NCBI GenBank assembly: GCA_003670735.1
Contig: QWQU01000001.1
Location: forward strand, 1,574-65,573
DNA length: 64,000 nt
Direction of reading: 5' to 3'
Origin: Chloroflexota bacterium
Lineage (GTDB): Bacteria; Chloroflexota; Dehalococcoidia; UBA2979
The number at the start of each line of letters is the position of its first letter. Position 1 is the first letter of the stretch. Below the pieces are notes generated by a model. That model saw only the letters and a program-made list of their open reading frames with translations, had not been told where the DNA came from and made no database searches. The translations under genes were made by a program, and so were the position numbers. Positions 14,827 through 23,539 of the stretch are shown one piece after another.

Positions 14827-15438
14827 TTGACGAACGCAGCCATCAGCGACAACGACTACCAGGCCGAAGACGGCGATGTCGACGCGCCCGAGGCGAGCGA
14901 CGGTCGCCAGTGGTACATCGTCCAGACCTACTCGGGCTACGAGAACAAGGTCAAGACAAACCTCGACCAGCGCGTGAAGCACATGGACATGACGGACAAG
15001 ATCTTCGAGGTGATTATCCCCACCGAAGAAGAGATCGAAATCCGTGAGGGACAGCGCCGCACGGTGTCGCGCAAGCTGTTCCCCGGCTATGTGCTGGTGC
15101 AGATGGTCATGAACGACGACTCCTGGTACGTCGTCCGCAACACACCGGGCGTGACCGGCTTCGCCGGCAGCACGAGTGAGACCGACCGCTCGCGGCCGAT
15201 GCCGCTGGGCGACGAAGAGGTCGCTCGCATTCTGCGGACGATGCACACGGCAGCGCCGCGCATCAACATCGGATTCAAGGTCGGCGAAGCGGTGCGCGTC
15301 ACAGACGGCCCATTCGTCGACTTCGTTGGCCAGGTCGACGATATCAACCTCGATAAGGGGAAGGTCCGCGTCATGGTCTCGATGTTCGGCCGGGATACTC
15401 CGGTCGAGCTCGACTTCCTGCAGGTGGAGAAGCAGTAG
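14827..15438 (+). CDS. nusG: transcription termination/antitermination factor NusG
   Basis: RQWYIVQTYSGYENKVKTNL (NGN domain) and C-terminal KOW (GEAVRVTDGPFVDFVGQV). No ATG/GTG near the N-terminus. TTG 14827 with AGGA 7 nt upstream chosen. Confidence 0.85.
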   Translation: MTNAAISDNDYQAEDGDVDAPEASDGRQWYIVQTYSGYENKVKTNLDQRVKHMDMTDKIFEVIIPTEEEIEIREGQRRTVSRKLFPGYVLVQMVMNDDSWYVVRNTPGVTGFAGSTSETDRSRPMPLGDEEVARILRTMHTAAPRINIGFKVGEAVRVTDGPFVDFVGQVDDINLDKGKVRVMVSMFGRDTPVELDFLQVEKQ

Positions 15439-15558
15439 GCTTCACCGCTCGCATGTCTGACCGGCTCATGCCGGTGGGACAACCAATTGCTCGCAGCGCG
15501 GGAGTGTACCGAGGGGACTCGGGGCACGTTGGACCGCTTAGAGATGTAGAAGGTTTCG

Positions 15559-15981
15559 ATGGCTAAGAAAGTTCGCGCCGTCGTCACCCTGCAGATTCCT
15601 GCAGGGAAGGCGAATCCTGCGCCGCCGGTGGGCACCGCCCTCGGCCCGCACGGCATCAACATCATGGATTTCGTGAAGGGCTACAACGAGCGGACGGCTG
15701 GCATGGATGGCCAGATCATCCCGGCCCAGATCACGATCTTCGAGGACCGTTCGTTCACGTTCGTCCTCAAGACCCCGCCGGCCTCTGACCTGCTGCGCAA
15801 GGCAGCTGGTGTGCCGAAGGGCTCTGCAAGTCAACTGCGTGAGGTCGCCGGCTCGGTGACCGCAGCGCAGATTCGCCAGATTGCCACGACCAAGCTTCCC
15901 GACCTGAACACGACTGACATCGATCAGGCGATCAAGTCCATCGAGGGCACTGCGCGCTCGATGGGGATTCAGGTGAACTAG
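15559..15981 (+). CDS. rplK: 50S ribosomal protein L11
   Basis: [40 protein letters not shown]. Confidence 0.95.
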   Translation: MAKKVRAVVTLQIPAGKANPAPPVGTALGPHGINIMDFVKGYNERTAGMDGQIIPAQITIFEDRSFTFVLKTPPASDLLRKAAGVPKGSASQLREVAGSVTAAQIRQIATTKLPDLNTTDIDQAIKSIEGTARSMGIQVN

Positions 15982-15983
15982 CC

Positions 15984-16706
15984 ATGGCAACTGAAGGCAA
16001 GCGCATGACCGCGGCTCGCGCCAAGGTCGACAAGAACCAGCTCTACGACGTCGCGGCTGCGGTCGCGCTCGTGAAGGACTCTGCCACGGCGAAGTTCGAC
16101 GAGACCGTCGAGCTCCACCTGCGCACCGGCCTCGATGGCCGTCACGCGGATCAGCAGATCCGTGGCTCGGTGGTACTCCCGAACGGCCTTGGCAAGACCA
16201 TGCGCGTTCTGGTGTTCGCCGAGGGCGAGGCTGCAACGCTCGCGACTCAGGCCGGCGCCGACGAAGTCGGTGGCGACGAGCTGATCGACAAGGTTGCGGC
16301 TGGCTACACGTCGTTCGACGTGGCGCTGTCGCAGCGTGACCTGATGGGCAAGGTCGGCCGTCTGGGCCGCGTGCTCGGTCCGCGCGGACTGATGCCGAAC
16401 CCCCGCTCCGGCACTGTCGTGGAGACTCCCGACATGGCTCGTGCGGTGCGTGAGGCCAAGGCCGGTCGCGTCGAGTTCCGTCTGGACCGCACCAACCTGG
16501 TGCACGTCCCGATCGGCAAGGTGTCGTTCGCTCCTGAGACGCTGACCGAGAACCTCACGGCGTTGGTCAGCGAGATCGTGCGCAACAAGCCGTCCGCGGC
16601 GAAGGGCCAGTACATCAAGGGCGCGACGCTGACCTCGACCATGGGGCCGGGCGTTCACGTGGAAGTCGCGTCAGTGATGGCGCTGGCAGCCGAGTCCAAC
16701 AGCTAG
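15984..16706 (+). CDS. rplA: 50S ribosomal protein L1
   Basis: 240 aa. YDVAAAVALVKDSATAKFDETVELHL...GRLGRVLGPRGLMPNP. Begins 2 nt after the rplK stop. Confidence 0.95.
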   Translation: MATEGKRMTAARAKVDKNQLYDVAAAVALVKDSATAKFDETVELHLRTGLDGRHADQQIRGSVVLPNGLGKTMRVLVFAEGEAATLATQAGADEVGGDELIDKVAAGYTSFDVALSQRDLMGKVGRLGRVLGPRGLMPNPRSGTVVETPDMARAVREAKAGRVEFRLDRTNLVHVPIGKVSFAPETLTENLTALVSEIVRNKPSAAKGQYIKGATLTSTMGPGVHVEVASVMALAAESNS

Positions 16707-16996
16707 ACAACTCGTAGGGGCTGCGGCTGACCGTCGCAGCCCCTATAGTGTTTGAGAACCAGCCGCGGCCCTCGGGCCTCGGCACCGCCAAAGACCACGG
16801 GTGCGAGGCTTCCAACCTCGCTCAAGGGCCTTCCGAGGCTGCCTGTGTAGGTGGGGACGCACGAGTCGCATGGCAGACCGCCATGCCGAGACTGACGCCT
16901 CTCGCGTCACCTCCACTCGCGCCCTCCTCCTTGGCGGAGCAGGGCGCGTCTTTGATCTCGGGCCTTGTGTTGGGGCATCCGAGGCTGAGACCGCAG
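16707..16996 (+). promoter_or_regulatory. rplJ-rplL 5' leader (candidate L10(L12)4 autoregulatory leader)
   Basis: 290-nt non-coding gap before rplJ. Long structured L10 leaders at this position are established in many bacteria. The ORF-track ORF 16748.. here lacks a coding signature and includes the true rplJ start at its 84th codon. Confidence 0.5.
16717..16753 (+). terminator. possible attenuator/terminator hairpin at the 5' end of the rplJ leader
   Basis: GGGGCTGCG-GCTGACCGT-CGCAGCCCC 9-bp GC stem followed by TATAGTGTTT (imperfect U-tract), immediately after the rplA stop. Confidence 0.4.
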
Positions 16997-17536
16997 ATGG
17001 AGGTGTCGTTGCCTACACAGCACAAGATTGACCAGGTAGCGGACCTGACCGCCCTCCTGCGTGATGCCGAGATTGCGATCGGCACGTCGTACAAGGGCCT
17101 GACCGTTGCTGAGCTGACGGCCCTGCGCCGCCAGCTGAACGCAGCCGGTGTGCAGGTGCGCGTGGTGAAGAACACGCTGCTGCGCCGCGCAGCAACCGAG
17201 GCCGGCAACGCCGACTTCGGCCAGCTGGCACAGCAGGACACGGCGATCATCGTGGGCTCCGACGTCGTTGAGACGGCTCGGCTGGTCGCGACGTACCGCC
17301 GTGAGCACGCGAACTCGCCGTTCGCGATTCGCAATGCGGTCGTCTCGGGTGACCTCGTCGATGCGGCGTACGTCGAGGACCTGTCGACGGTGCCGCCACG
17401 TGACGAGTTGATCGCACGAATCGCTGGTGGACTCACGGGCAAGATCCGCGAGTTCGCCGGTCTGCTGCAGGCCACGACTCGGGACTTCGCGGGTCTGATC
17501 GACGCGCGCGCGACCCAGCTCGAAGGTCAGCAGTAA
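16997..17536 (+). CDS. rplJ: 50S ribosomal protein L10
   Basis: MEVSLPTQHKIDQVADLTALLRDAEIAIGTSYKGLTVAELTALRRQL. Start ATG 16997. The in-frame TTG 17009 with GGAGG 5 nt upstream is a possible alternative. Confidence 0.88.
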   Translation: MEVSLPTQHKIDQVADLTALLRDAEIAIGTSYKGLTVAELTALRRQLNAAGVQVRVVKNTLLRRAATEAGNADFGQLAQQDTAIIVGSDVVETARLVATYRREHANSPFAIRNAVVSGDLVDAAYVEDLSTVPPRDELIARIAGGLTGKIREFAGLLQATTRDFAGLIDARATQLEGQQ

Positions 17537-17590
17537 CAAGCAGTCAGGAACAGACGCCTGGCTGCGGCCGGCGATTGAAGGAGATGCACA

Positions 17591-17971
17591 ATGGCTAAGG
17601 TTGAAGACGCTCTCGAGATCATCAAGGGCATGACCATCCTCGAGCTCCGCGATCTGAACAAGGCGATCGAGGAAGAGTTCGGCGTCACCGCCGCCGCCCC
17701 GATGATGATGGCTGCCGCCCCGGCCGCCGGTGGTGGCGCTGCCGCCGCCGACGAGGAGCAGACCGAGTTCGACCTGATCCTCACCGACTTCGGTGCGAAC
17801 AAGATCAACGTCATCAAGGTCGTCCGCGAGCTGACGAACCTGGGTCTGAAGGACGCCAAGGACCTGGTCGAGGCTGCCCCCAAGACGGTCAAGGAGGCCA
17901 TGCCGAAGGCAGAGGCCCAGACCGCCAAGGAGAAGCTGGAAGAGGCCGGCGCGAAGGTGGAGCTCAAGTAG
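17591..17971 (+). CDS. rplL: 50S ribosomal protein L7/L12
   Basis: [32 protein letters not shown]...Ala/Gly hinge...[43 protein letters not shown]. Confidence 0.96.
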   Translation: MAKVEDALEIIKGMTILELRDLNKAIEEEFGVTAAAPMMMAAAPAAGGGAAAADEEQTEFDLILTDFGANKINVIKVVRELTNLGLKDAKDLVEAAPKTVKEAMPKAEAQTAKEKLEEAGAKVELK

Positions 17972-18000
17972 CTCTCCTCCGCTCCTAGCGAGCGCTATTC

Positions 18001-18041
18001 AACGCCCGGGGACAATCTCCCCGGGCGTTGTTTGTTGTTTG
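18001..18041 (+). terminator. Rho-independent terminator after rplL
   Basis: AACGCCCGGGGA-CAATC-TCCCCGGGCGTT 12-bp perfect stem followed by GTTTGTTGTTTG. Confidence 0.85.
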
Positions 18042-18065
18042 CTCGTGATTCCTCGCAAATGAGAC

Positions 18066-18683
18066 GTGGGGCACCCCCGATCTGCGTGGTACCCTGCGCC
18101 CGTGCAGTGCTTTCGATGTGACCAACCGGCAACGCAGGAGTGCCCACGCTGCGGCACGCTCTACTGTGACGACCATGGCGATGCGCTCTGTGAGCGCTGC
18201 ATGGATCCCACGTCGGCGCTGCCGTCTTACCGCGTCTATCGCGGCTCGCTGATCGCGCTGCTGATTGGCTCGGTCTTCGCCGTGTGGCTGCTCGTGCGCC
18301 CCGGTGGTGAGGCTGACCAGGCGGGGCCGTCCTCGGCGCTCGCAGCGGTGCTGCCGAGCGGCACGCCGACTCGTGCTGCTACGCAGGCGCCGGTCGTCGT
18401 ACCGAGTGGCACTCCGATTGGCTCCGCCACTCCAGGCGGATCGCCGACGCCTGCTCCCAGCGCCACCGCAACGACGGCACCTGCGACACCCTCGCCGACT
18501 GCTGCGCCCAGCACGCCGACCTCGTACACCGTGAAGTCTGGCGACACGCTGTTCTCGATTGCCGAGCAGTTCCGAAACGGCACGCCGCTAGCGACCTACG
18601 TGAACCGCATCTACCAGCTGAACAATCTTGGCGAAAACAGCCTGCTGTCCCTCGGAGATGTGATAAAACTCCCGACACAGTGA
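18066..18683 (+). CDS. membrane protein with N-terminal Cys-rich zinc-ribbon, one TM, Pro/Thr-rich linker and C-terminal LysM domain
   Basis: CFRCDQPATQECPRCGTLYCDDHGDALCERC (8 Cys/His ligands). TM LIALLIGSVFAVWLLV. LysM YTVKSGDTLFSIAEQF...LGDVIKLP. Confidence 0.7.
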   Translation: MGHPRSAWYPAPVQCFRCDQPATQECPRCGTLYCDDHGDALCERCMDPTSALPSYRVYRGSLIALLIGSVFAVWLLVRPGGEADQAGPSSALAAVLPSGTPTRAATQAPVVVPSGTPIGSATPGGSPTPAPSATATTAPATPSPTAAPSTPTSYTVKSGDTLFSIAEQFRNGTPLATYVNRIYQLNNLGENSLLSLGDVIKLPTQ

Positions 18684-19204
18684 CGACCGAGCCAGAAGTA
18701 CTCGAGACCAACGAACAGACGCGGCCGGCGCTCGTGCGCATGGCTGTGATGTACGTGCCGTTAGCGCTGATCTCGACCGTCTTCGCGATCTACGCGTTCG
18801 GCAACTTCATGAGCGGCGCGACCGGCGCCATCATCCCTGCGATCTTCGTCGGCATCTTCGCGTTCTCCTTCGCGACATTGGCACTGAGCGCGATCCGCGA
18901 CCTGCGTGGTGCGGAGCCGATCACCTCGCGCGGGCCGGTGCGTCGCACGTGGTCGCGCGGCGGGCTGCTGTGGTTCTTCCGCTCGCACTACCTGTACGTC
19001 GGCAACGACGTGTTCACGGTGCGAGCGCTGACGGCCGTGAGCCTGCATCCGGGCGACTCAGTCGAGGTCGATCACTGGCCACACACCAAGCACGTGCTGC
19101 GCGTGCGTCTGCTCTCCACTGGCTCCGGCGACACTCCAAGCGAGCCCGCGCCGGCAGCACCGAGTTCCGGCCTCGACCGCAGCTCCGGTCGCAACTGGCG
19201 CTAG
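18680..19204 (+). CDS. membrane protein with 2 TM helices and a C-terminal bacterial-PH-like beta domain (hypothetical)
   Basis: 174 aa. GTG start overlaps the upstream stop (GTGA). Two hydrophobic helices, then a ~90-aa soluble domain. The bPH assignment is an inference from topology. Confidence 0.5.
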   Translation: MTTEPEVLETNEQTRPALVRMAVMYVPLALISTVFAIYAFGNFMSGATGAIIPAIFVGIFAFSFATLALSAIRDLRGAEPITSRGPVRRTWSRGGLLWFFRSHYLYVGNDVFTVRALTAVSLHPGDSVEVDHWPHTKHVLRVRLLSTGSGDTPSEPAPAAPSSGLDRSSGRNWR

Positions 19205-19213
19205 GCACAGCAC

Positions 19214-19930
19214 ATGACCGAGCAGGCAGACGGCGCACCTCGATATACCGTGCGTGTCTCCGAGCTGCCAGCCGAGGAGCGCCCGCGCGAGCGATTGCTT
19301 CGCCTCGGGCCACAGGCCCTGACCAGCGCTGAGCTAATCGCGATCTTGCTGCGCACTGGCACGGCAGCGATGGGCGTGATGGACGTCGCGACGCATCTGG
19401 TCACCTCGCGGCAAGGGCTGCGCGGGCTGGCCTCGATGGATCTGTCGCTGCTCGCGAAGGAGCACGGCGTCGGCGATGCGAAGGCGACGACGATCGCTGC
19501 TGCGTTCGAGCTCGGCCGTCGGCTCGCACTCGAGGGTGACGTACTGCGACCGCAGGTGCTCAACCCCGCTGATATCGCGCGACTGCTGCAGGCGGAGATG
19601 GAGCTCCTGCAGCAAGAAGAGCTCCGCCTGCTCACGCTCGACACGAAGCATCAGCTGATCTCGAACACGATGCTGTACCGCGGCTCGCTCAACTCTGCAC
19701 CCGCGCGTGTCGCCGAGGTGTTCCGCGAGGCAGTGCGCCAGAACGCGGCCGCGATCGCCGTCGCGCACAATCACCCGAGTGGTGACCCCACACCCAGCTC
19801 TGATGATGTGCGCTTCACCGAAGCAATCGTCGAAGCAGGTCACCTGATCGAGGTGGACGTGCTCGACCATCTCGTATTCGGGCATGGTCGTTACATCTCG
19901 CTGCGCGAGCGCGGGCTGGGATTCGCGTAG
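19214..19930 (+). CDS. radC: RadC-family JAB/MPN-domain protein (UPF0758)
   Basis: HNHPSGDPTPSSDDVRFT JAMM-like motif. N-terminal HhH region. Confidence 0.85.
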   Translation: MTEQADGAPRYTVRVSELPAEERPRERLLRLGPQALTSAELIAILLRTGTAAMGVMDVATHLVTSRQGLRGLASMDLSLLAKEHGVGDAKATTIAAAFELGRRLALEGDVLRPQVLNPADIARLLQAEMELLQQEELRLLTLDTKHQLISNTMLYRGSLNSAPARVAEVFREAVRQNAAAIAVAHNHPSGDPTPSSDDVRFTEAIVEAGHLIEVDVLDHLVFGHGRYISLRERGLGFA

Positions 19931-19952
19931 GCGCACTGTTACCCTGCGCGGC

Positions 19953-20543
19953 ATGAACTGGATCGACCTCGTCATCGCCGGGACCATCGCATGGTCCACG
20001 TTCAGCGCCTTCCGTCAGGGGCTGATTCGCGTCGTCGTCTCGCTGCTTTCGACCGTGCTCGGTGCGGTGCTTGCGGGCCGGCTGTACGCGCGGCTCGCGG
20101 ACAACATCGACTTCCTGATCGCTGACCCTGCCGTGCGGAACCTCGTGGCATTCGTCGCGATCTTCGCGGGCATGATCGTGCTGGGGCAGATCGCATCGAT
20201 ATTCCTGCGCACGGCCTCGTCTGTGCTCTTCCTCGGCCCAATGGATCACCTCGGTGGCGCCGTGTTCGGGCTCGTCCAAGGTGTACTGACGGTTGAGCTG
20301 CTGCTGTTCGCACTCACGACGTTCCCGGTGGTGCCGGGGCTGAACTCGGGCCTGGAAGGGTCGACGCTCGCGCCGATCTTTATCCAGCGCATCCCGGTCT
20401 TCGAGCAGCTGCTCCCTATCGAGTTCCGAGCCGGGATCGATAACTTCCGAGCAGGCTCGATCCCCGGGCTGCCCTCGCTGCCAGGTGGGCTGCCGGCGGG
20501 CATCATCCCCGGCATGGGTGGCAGCGGCGCCGGGAAACCCTGA
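19953..20543 (+). CDS. cvpA: CvpA-family (colicin V production) membrane protein
   Basis: MNWIDLVIAGTIAWSTFSAFRQGLIRVVVSLL and four TM helices typical of CvpA. ATG 19953 chosen inside ORF 19884... Confidence 0.72.
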   Translation: MNWIDLVIAGTIAWSTFSAFRQGLIRVVVSLLSTVLGAVLAGRLYARLADNIDFLIADPAVRNLVAFVAIFAGMIVLGQIASIFLRTASSVLFLGPMDHLGGAVFGLVQGVLTVELLLFALTTFPVVPGLNSGLEGSTLAPIFIQRIPVFEQLLPIEFRAGIDNFRAGSIPGLPSLPGGLPAGIIPGMGGSGAGKP

Positions 20544-20588
20544 CGATCCCAATCCAAACGGCGTAGACTCCCCCGCATAGCGGGAGCG

Positions 20589-21140
20589 GTGCCGGTGGCG
20601 ATTGAACGTCGCGCTCTGGTTCTGAACCAAAACTACGAGCCGCTCAACGTGTGCGCGGTGCGCCGTGCCTTCGTCCTTGTCTACCACGGCAAAGCGGAGG
20701 TGATTGAGACCGCGGACGACCGCATTCGCGGCGTCGATACCGATTTCCCTCTGCCCTCCGTGATTCGCCTACATGCGCCTGTGAAGCGACCTCGCCCGCG
20801 CGTGCGACTGACGCGCAAAGAGGTCTTCGCGCGAGACGATCAGCGCTGCCAGTACTGCGGCATCTCCGGCATCGAGCTGACCCTCGACCACGTGATGCCT
20901 CGCCATCGAGGCGGGCCGCACGAATGGGAGAACCTCGTTGCCGCCTGCCGCTCCTGCAACCACCGCAAGGGTGGCAGGACGCCGGCGGAGGCACGCATGA
21001 ATCTGATGCGTCAGCCTGTCCGCCCAGCCGCCACTCCGGCCGCGCTCTTCGGGCAGTACCTGGAGCGCTACCGAGAGTGGCATCCCTTTCTCCTCGGCTG
21101 GATGGATCGCAGCAAGCGCTCGGCAGCAGCCGCCTCGTAA
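20589..21140 (+). CDS. HNH endonuclease
   Basis: CQYCG...LTLDHVMPRHRGGPHEWENLVAACRSCNHRK is the full HNH/zinc motif. 183 aa. Confidence 0.82.
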   Translation: MPVAIERRALVLNQNYEPLNVCAVRRAFVLVYHGKAEVIETADDRIRGVDTDFPLPSVIRLHAPVKRPRPRVRLTRKEVFARDDQRCQYCGISGIELTLDHVMPRHRGGPHEWENLVAACRSCNHRKGGRTPAEARMNLMRQPVRPAATPAALFGQYLERYREWHPFLLGWMDRSKRSAAAAS

Positions 21141-21164
21141 CCCTCGAATGAGGGTCTTTTTGTG
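21140..21164 (+). terminator. Rho-independent terminator after the HNH gene
   Basis: ACCCTC-GAAT-GAGGGT followed by CTTTTTGTG. Confidence 0.65.
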
Positions 21165-21214
21165 TCCGCCTCGGTGAATCCCTGACTCAACGGCTCGGCG
21201 AGCCCGCGCATCCT

Positions 21215-21832
21215 GTGTGCATGGATGTCACTTCGACAGCTCACGTCACACCTGCTGCCACGACTGCTGCGCACGCTCCTGCCTCGAGTGCGGCGTCGGC
21301 GGGCGCGTTTGCCGGTGCGCTGGGTGACCAGCAGCGACGGCTGGCGGCGACCGATGTGCTGGGCTCGATGCCGCCGATGGTGGCCGAGCAGATCGTGAAG
21401 AGCGTGCCCGGCGGCAAGTCGCCAATGGGTGCGGTCGAGGAGCTGTTCAAGGCGATCAAGAGCGGCGAGATGGTGCCGACGCAGGAGCAGCTCGCAGCGA
21501 AGGACTGCATCATCGCGACGACCGCGCGTGCCACGCAGGCGTTCGAGTCGCCCGAGGCGATGTGGTCCACGATGCGACAGATGCTCGGCTCTGGCCCGGT
21601 GCTACAGGACGCGGTCTCCTACGCCGAGGCAGCACAGCAAAACACGACACCAGCAGCGGCAATCTCCACGCGCGAGGAAGCGAACGCGATTCTCGGCGGG
21701 CCGATTCCCAACTCGAAGCTCAACTGGTGGGAGACGGCGATCCGCTTCCTAGTGGACCAAGCACACCTCGCGGCGATGTCTGCTGCTGGTGCGGCGAACG
21801 CCACAGCGAGCAGCTCCAAGCTCGTCGGCTAG
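21215..21832 (+). CDS. hypothetical protein (Ala/Thr-rich N-terminus)
   Basis: 205-aa ORF with GC3 bias. No recognisable family motif. Confidence 0.45.
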   Translation: MCMDVTSTAHVTPAATTAAHAPASSAASAGAFAGALGDQQRRLAATDVLGSMPPMVAEQIVKSVPGGKSPMGAVEELFKAIKSGEMVPTQEQLAAKDCIIATTARATQAFESPEAMWSTMRQMLGSGPVLQDAVSYAEAAQQNTTPAAAISTREEANAILGGPIPNSKLNWWETAIRFLVDQAHLAAMSAAGAANATASSSKLVG

Positions 21833-21857
21833 CTCCACACATTCGAGACGTATGCGA

Positions 21858-21886
21858 AGAGCGGCCTTGCGCCGCTCTCGTTGTAT
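21858..21886. terminator. hairpin terminator between convergent hypothetical genes
   Basis: AGAGCGGC-CTTGC-GCCGCTCT 8-bp stem followed by CGTTGTAT on the + strand. Confidence 0.5.
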
Positions 21887-21909
21887 CCGTGCCGGACTCG
21901 AGGTGGGCG

Positions 21910-22614
21910 CTATTGCGGCTCGCCGTAGGCGTCCTCGACCTGTACGAGGTCGTCAATGCCAAGCTCATCACGCACCGAGACGAAGGACTCCAGGACGGCA
22001 CGAGCGCTGCCCCAGCGGCGCTTCTTGACGGCGGCCAGCGCCTGCTCACCGCGGGCGGCTGCGTTCGGCAGCACTTCCTCGGTGCGCTTCTGCAGCGCGC
22101 GCCACATCTCCGGCGGGTGGTTCAGCGACATGCGCGCGTACTGCAGCGCGATGAAAAGATTGCCGAGCGAGTCTTCCTCGTCCCAGTCGGCCGGGGGCGC
22201 CTTCAACAGCGTCTTCATCGCCTGGTGACGCTGCTCGTTCTCCCACGTGCGGTCGAGGCCGAGCGAGACCAGCTGCGCCTCAGCGTCGGACTCGAGCACG
22301 AGCTCACGCAGCGAGGAGCGCACAAGCTCGGAACCCTCGGGCTGGTCACCTTCTGGCTCGGTGATGCGCGGGTAGCCATCGAGTGACTGGCGGACGTGCT
22401 GCAGCGCCACAGCGAGTACGTGCGCGAGCGCGTGCGTCGGGACGCCCGAGTGCAGCGAGATGGTGACCGCATCGTCCGACCACTCGACGTCCGAGAGGCC
22501 CTCGCCGTCGTACGCAACGACCTGGAGCTCGCGGTCGGCAGCCGCAAGGCGCCCCGCCACGAGCTGGTACATCGCGTCGATGTCCTGGCCGATGTCCTTG
22601 TTGAGCACCTTCAT
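21910..22614 (-). CDS. hypothetical protein (acidic, 234 aa)
   Basis: ORF 21910..22656. Start trimmed to the MKVLNKDIG ATG. No family recognised. Confidence 0.5.
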   Translation of the reverse strand: MKVLNKDIGQDIDAMYQLVAGRLAAADRELQVVAYDGEGLSDVEWSDDAVTISLHSGVPTHALAHVLAVALQHVRQSLDGYPRITEPEGDQPEGSELVRSSLRELVLESDAEAQLVSLGLDRTWENEQRHQAMKTLLKAPPADWDEEDSLGNLFIALQYARMSLNHPPEMWRALQKRTEEVLPNAAARGEQALAAVKKRRWGSARAVLESFVSVRDELGIDDLVQVEDAYGEPQ

Positions 22615-22692
22615 GGCATCCCCCTTCGGCGCGTACGGGCAGCGCCGTCCGCGCATCTTACCCGAGACAACGTCCTGGCTAGGGGCACGGAT

Positions 22693-23508
22693 TTAGAGGA
22701 CGAGCGGCTGGCAGTGCAGGCAGTAGTCGGTCTCGCTGCCGCCTCGAACCTGCGAGTGGATCGGCTGGCCGCAGCGCGGGCAGGGCTCATCCGCCTTGCG
22801 GTGCACGCGGAGGTGGTCACGCCACTCCTCGTTGCTCTGGTACAGACGGTCGGCGACCTCAGCTTCGAGGATGGGAATGGCCCACTCGATGGTGGAGCGC
22901 ATGGCGCGGTAGAGGCGGCGCATGTCGTCTTCGTCCATCGTGGCGCGGCGGCGATGCGGGTGCAGGCCTGCCTCCCAGAGGATCTCGTCGGAGTAGGCGT
23001 TGCCGACGCCGGCGATGAACTTCTGATTGGTGAGCGTCGGCTTGATCTGGCCCGGGTGCTTCTTCAGCCGGGCGACGAACGTGTCCTCGTCTACCTCGAG
23101 CGCATCGGGGCCGAGCTCGGCCATCTGCGGCACGGTCTCCAGCTCGGCGGTCGGGACGAGGTACCAGCGGCCCATCTTGCGCGCGTCCGAATAGCGCAGC
23201 TCGTGACCGTCTTCGAAGCCCAGCACGAGCGCGGTCATCGGGCGCTTCCGCTCGGTGGGCTCGGCCCAGTGGAAGCGACCGGTCAGCATCGGGTTCACGA
23301 TCAGCAGCCGGTCGTCGTCGGTCGCGAAGAGCAGGAACTTGCCGTGGCGGCGCAGCGTCACGAACTGATGGCCAGCCAGCGTCGCGAGGCCATCGGAACC
23401 GGTGCGAATGAGCCACGGGAAGCGCGAGTCGGTCGAGGTGAGCGTGTTGCCCACGAGCCGCGGCTCGAGGAAGTGACGAATCGCCTCGAGGTCAGGGATT
23501 TCAGGCAT
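22693..23508 (-). CDS. Fpg/Nei-family DNA glycosylase/AP lyase
   Basis: N-terminal MPEIPDLE (catalytic Pro2/Glu3). Internal H2TH. C-terminal zinc finger CPRCGQPIHSQVRGGSETDYCLHCQ. Confidence 0.85.
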   Translation of the reverse strand: MPEIPDLEAIRHFLEPRLVGNTLTSTDSRFPWLIRTGSDGLATLAGHQFVTLRRHGKFLLFATDDDRLLIVNPMLTGRFHWAEPTERKRPMTALVLGFEDGHELRYSDARKMGRWYLVPTAELETVPQMAELGPDALEVDEDTFVARLKKHPGQIKPTLTNQKFIAGVGNAYSDEILWEAGLHPHRRRATMDEDDMRRLYRAMRSTIEWAIPILEAEVADRLYQSNEEWRDHLRVHRKADEPCPRCGQPIHSQVRGGSETDYCLHCQPLVL

Positions 23509-23539
23509 GACTCAGTATCACCCGATTGGGGCTACCGGA

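Noticed and set aside
20589-21140. HNH endonuclease as a mobile homing element
   Set aside because: Stand-alone 183-aa HNH ORF with its own terminator. No flanking repeats, intein or intron context and no integrase/transposase nearby. No evidence of mobility.
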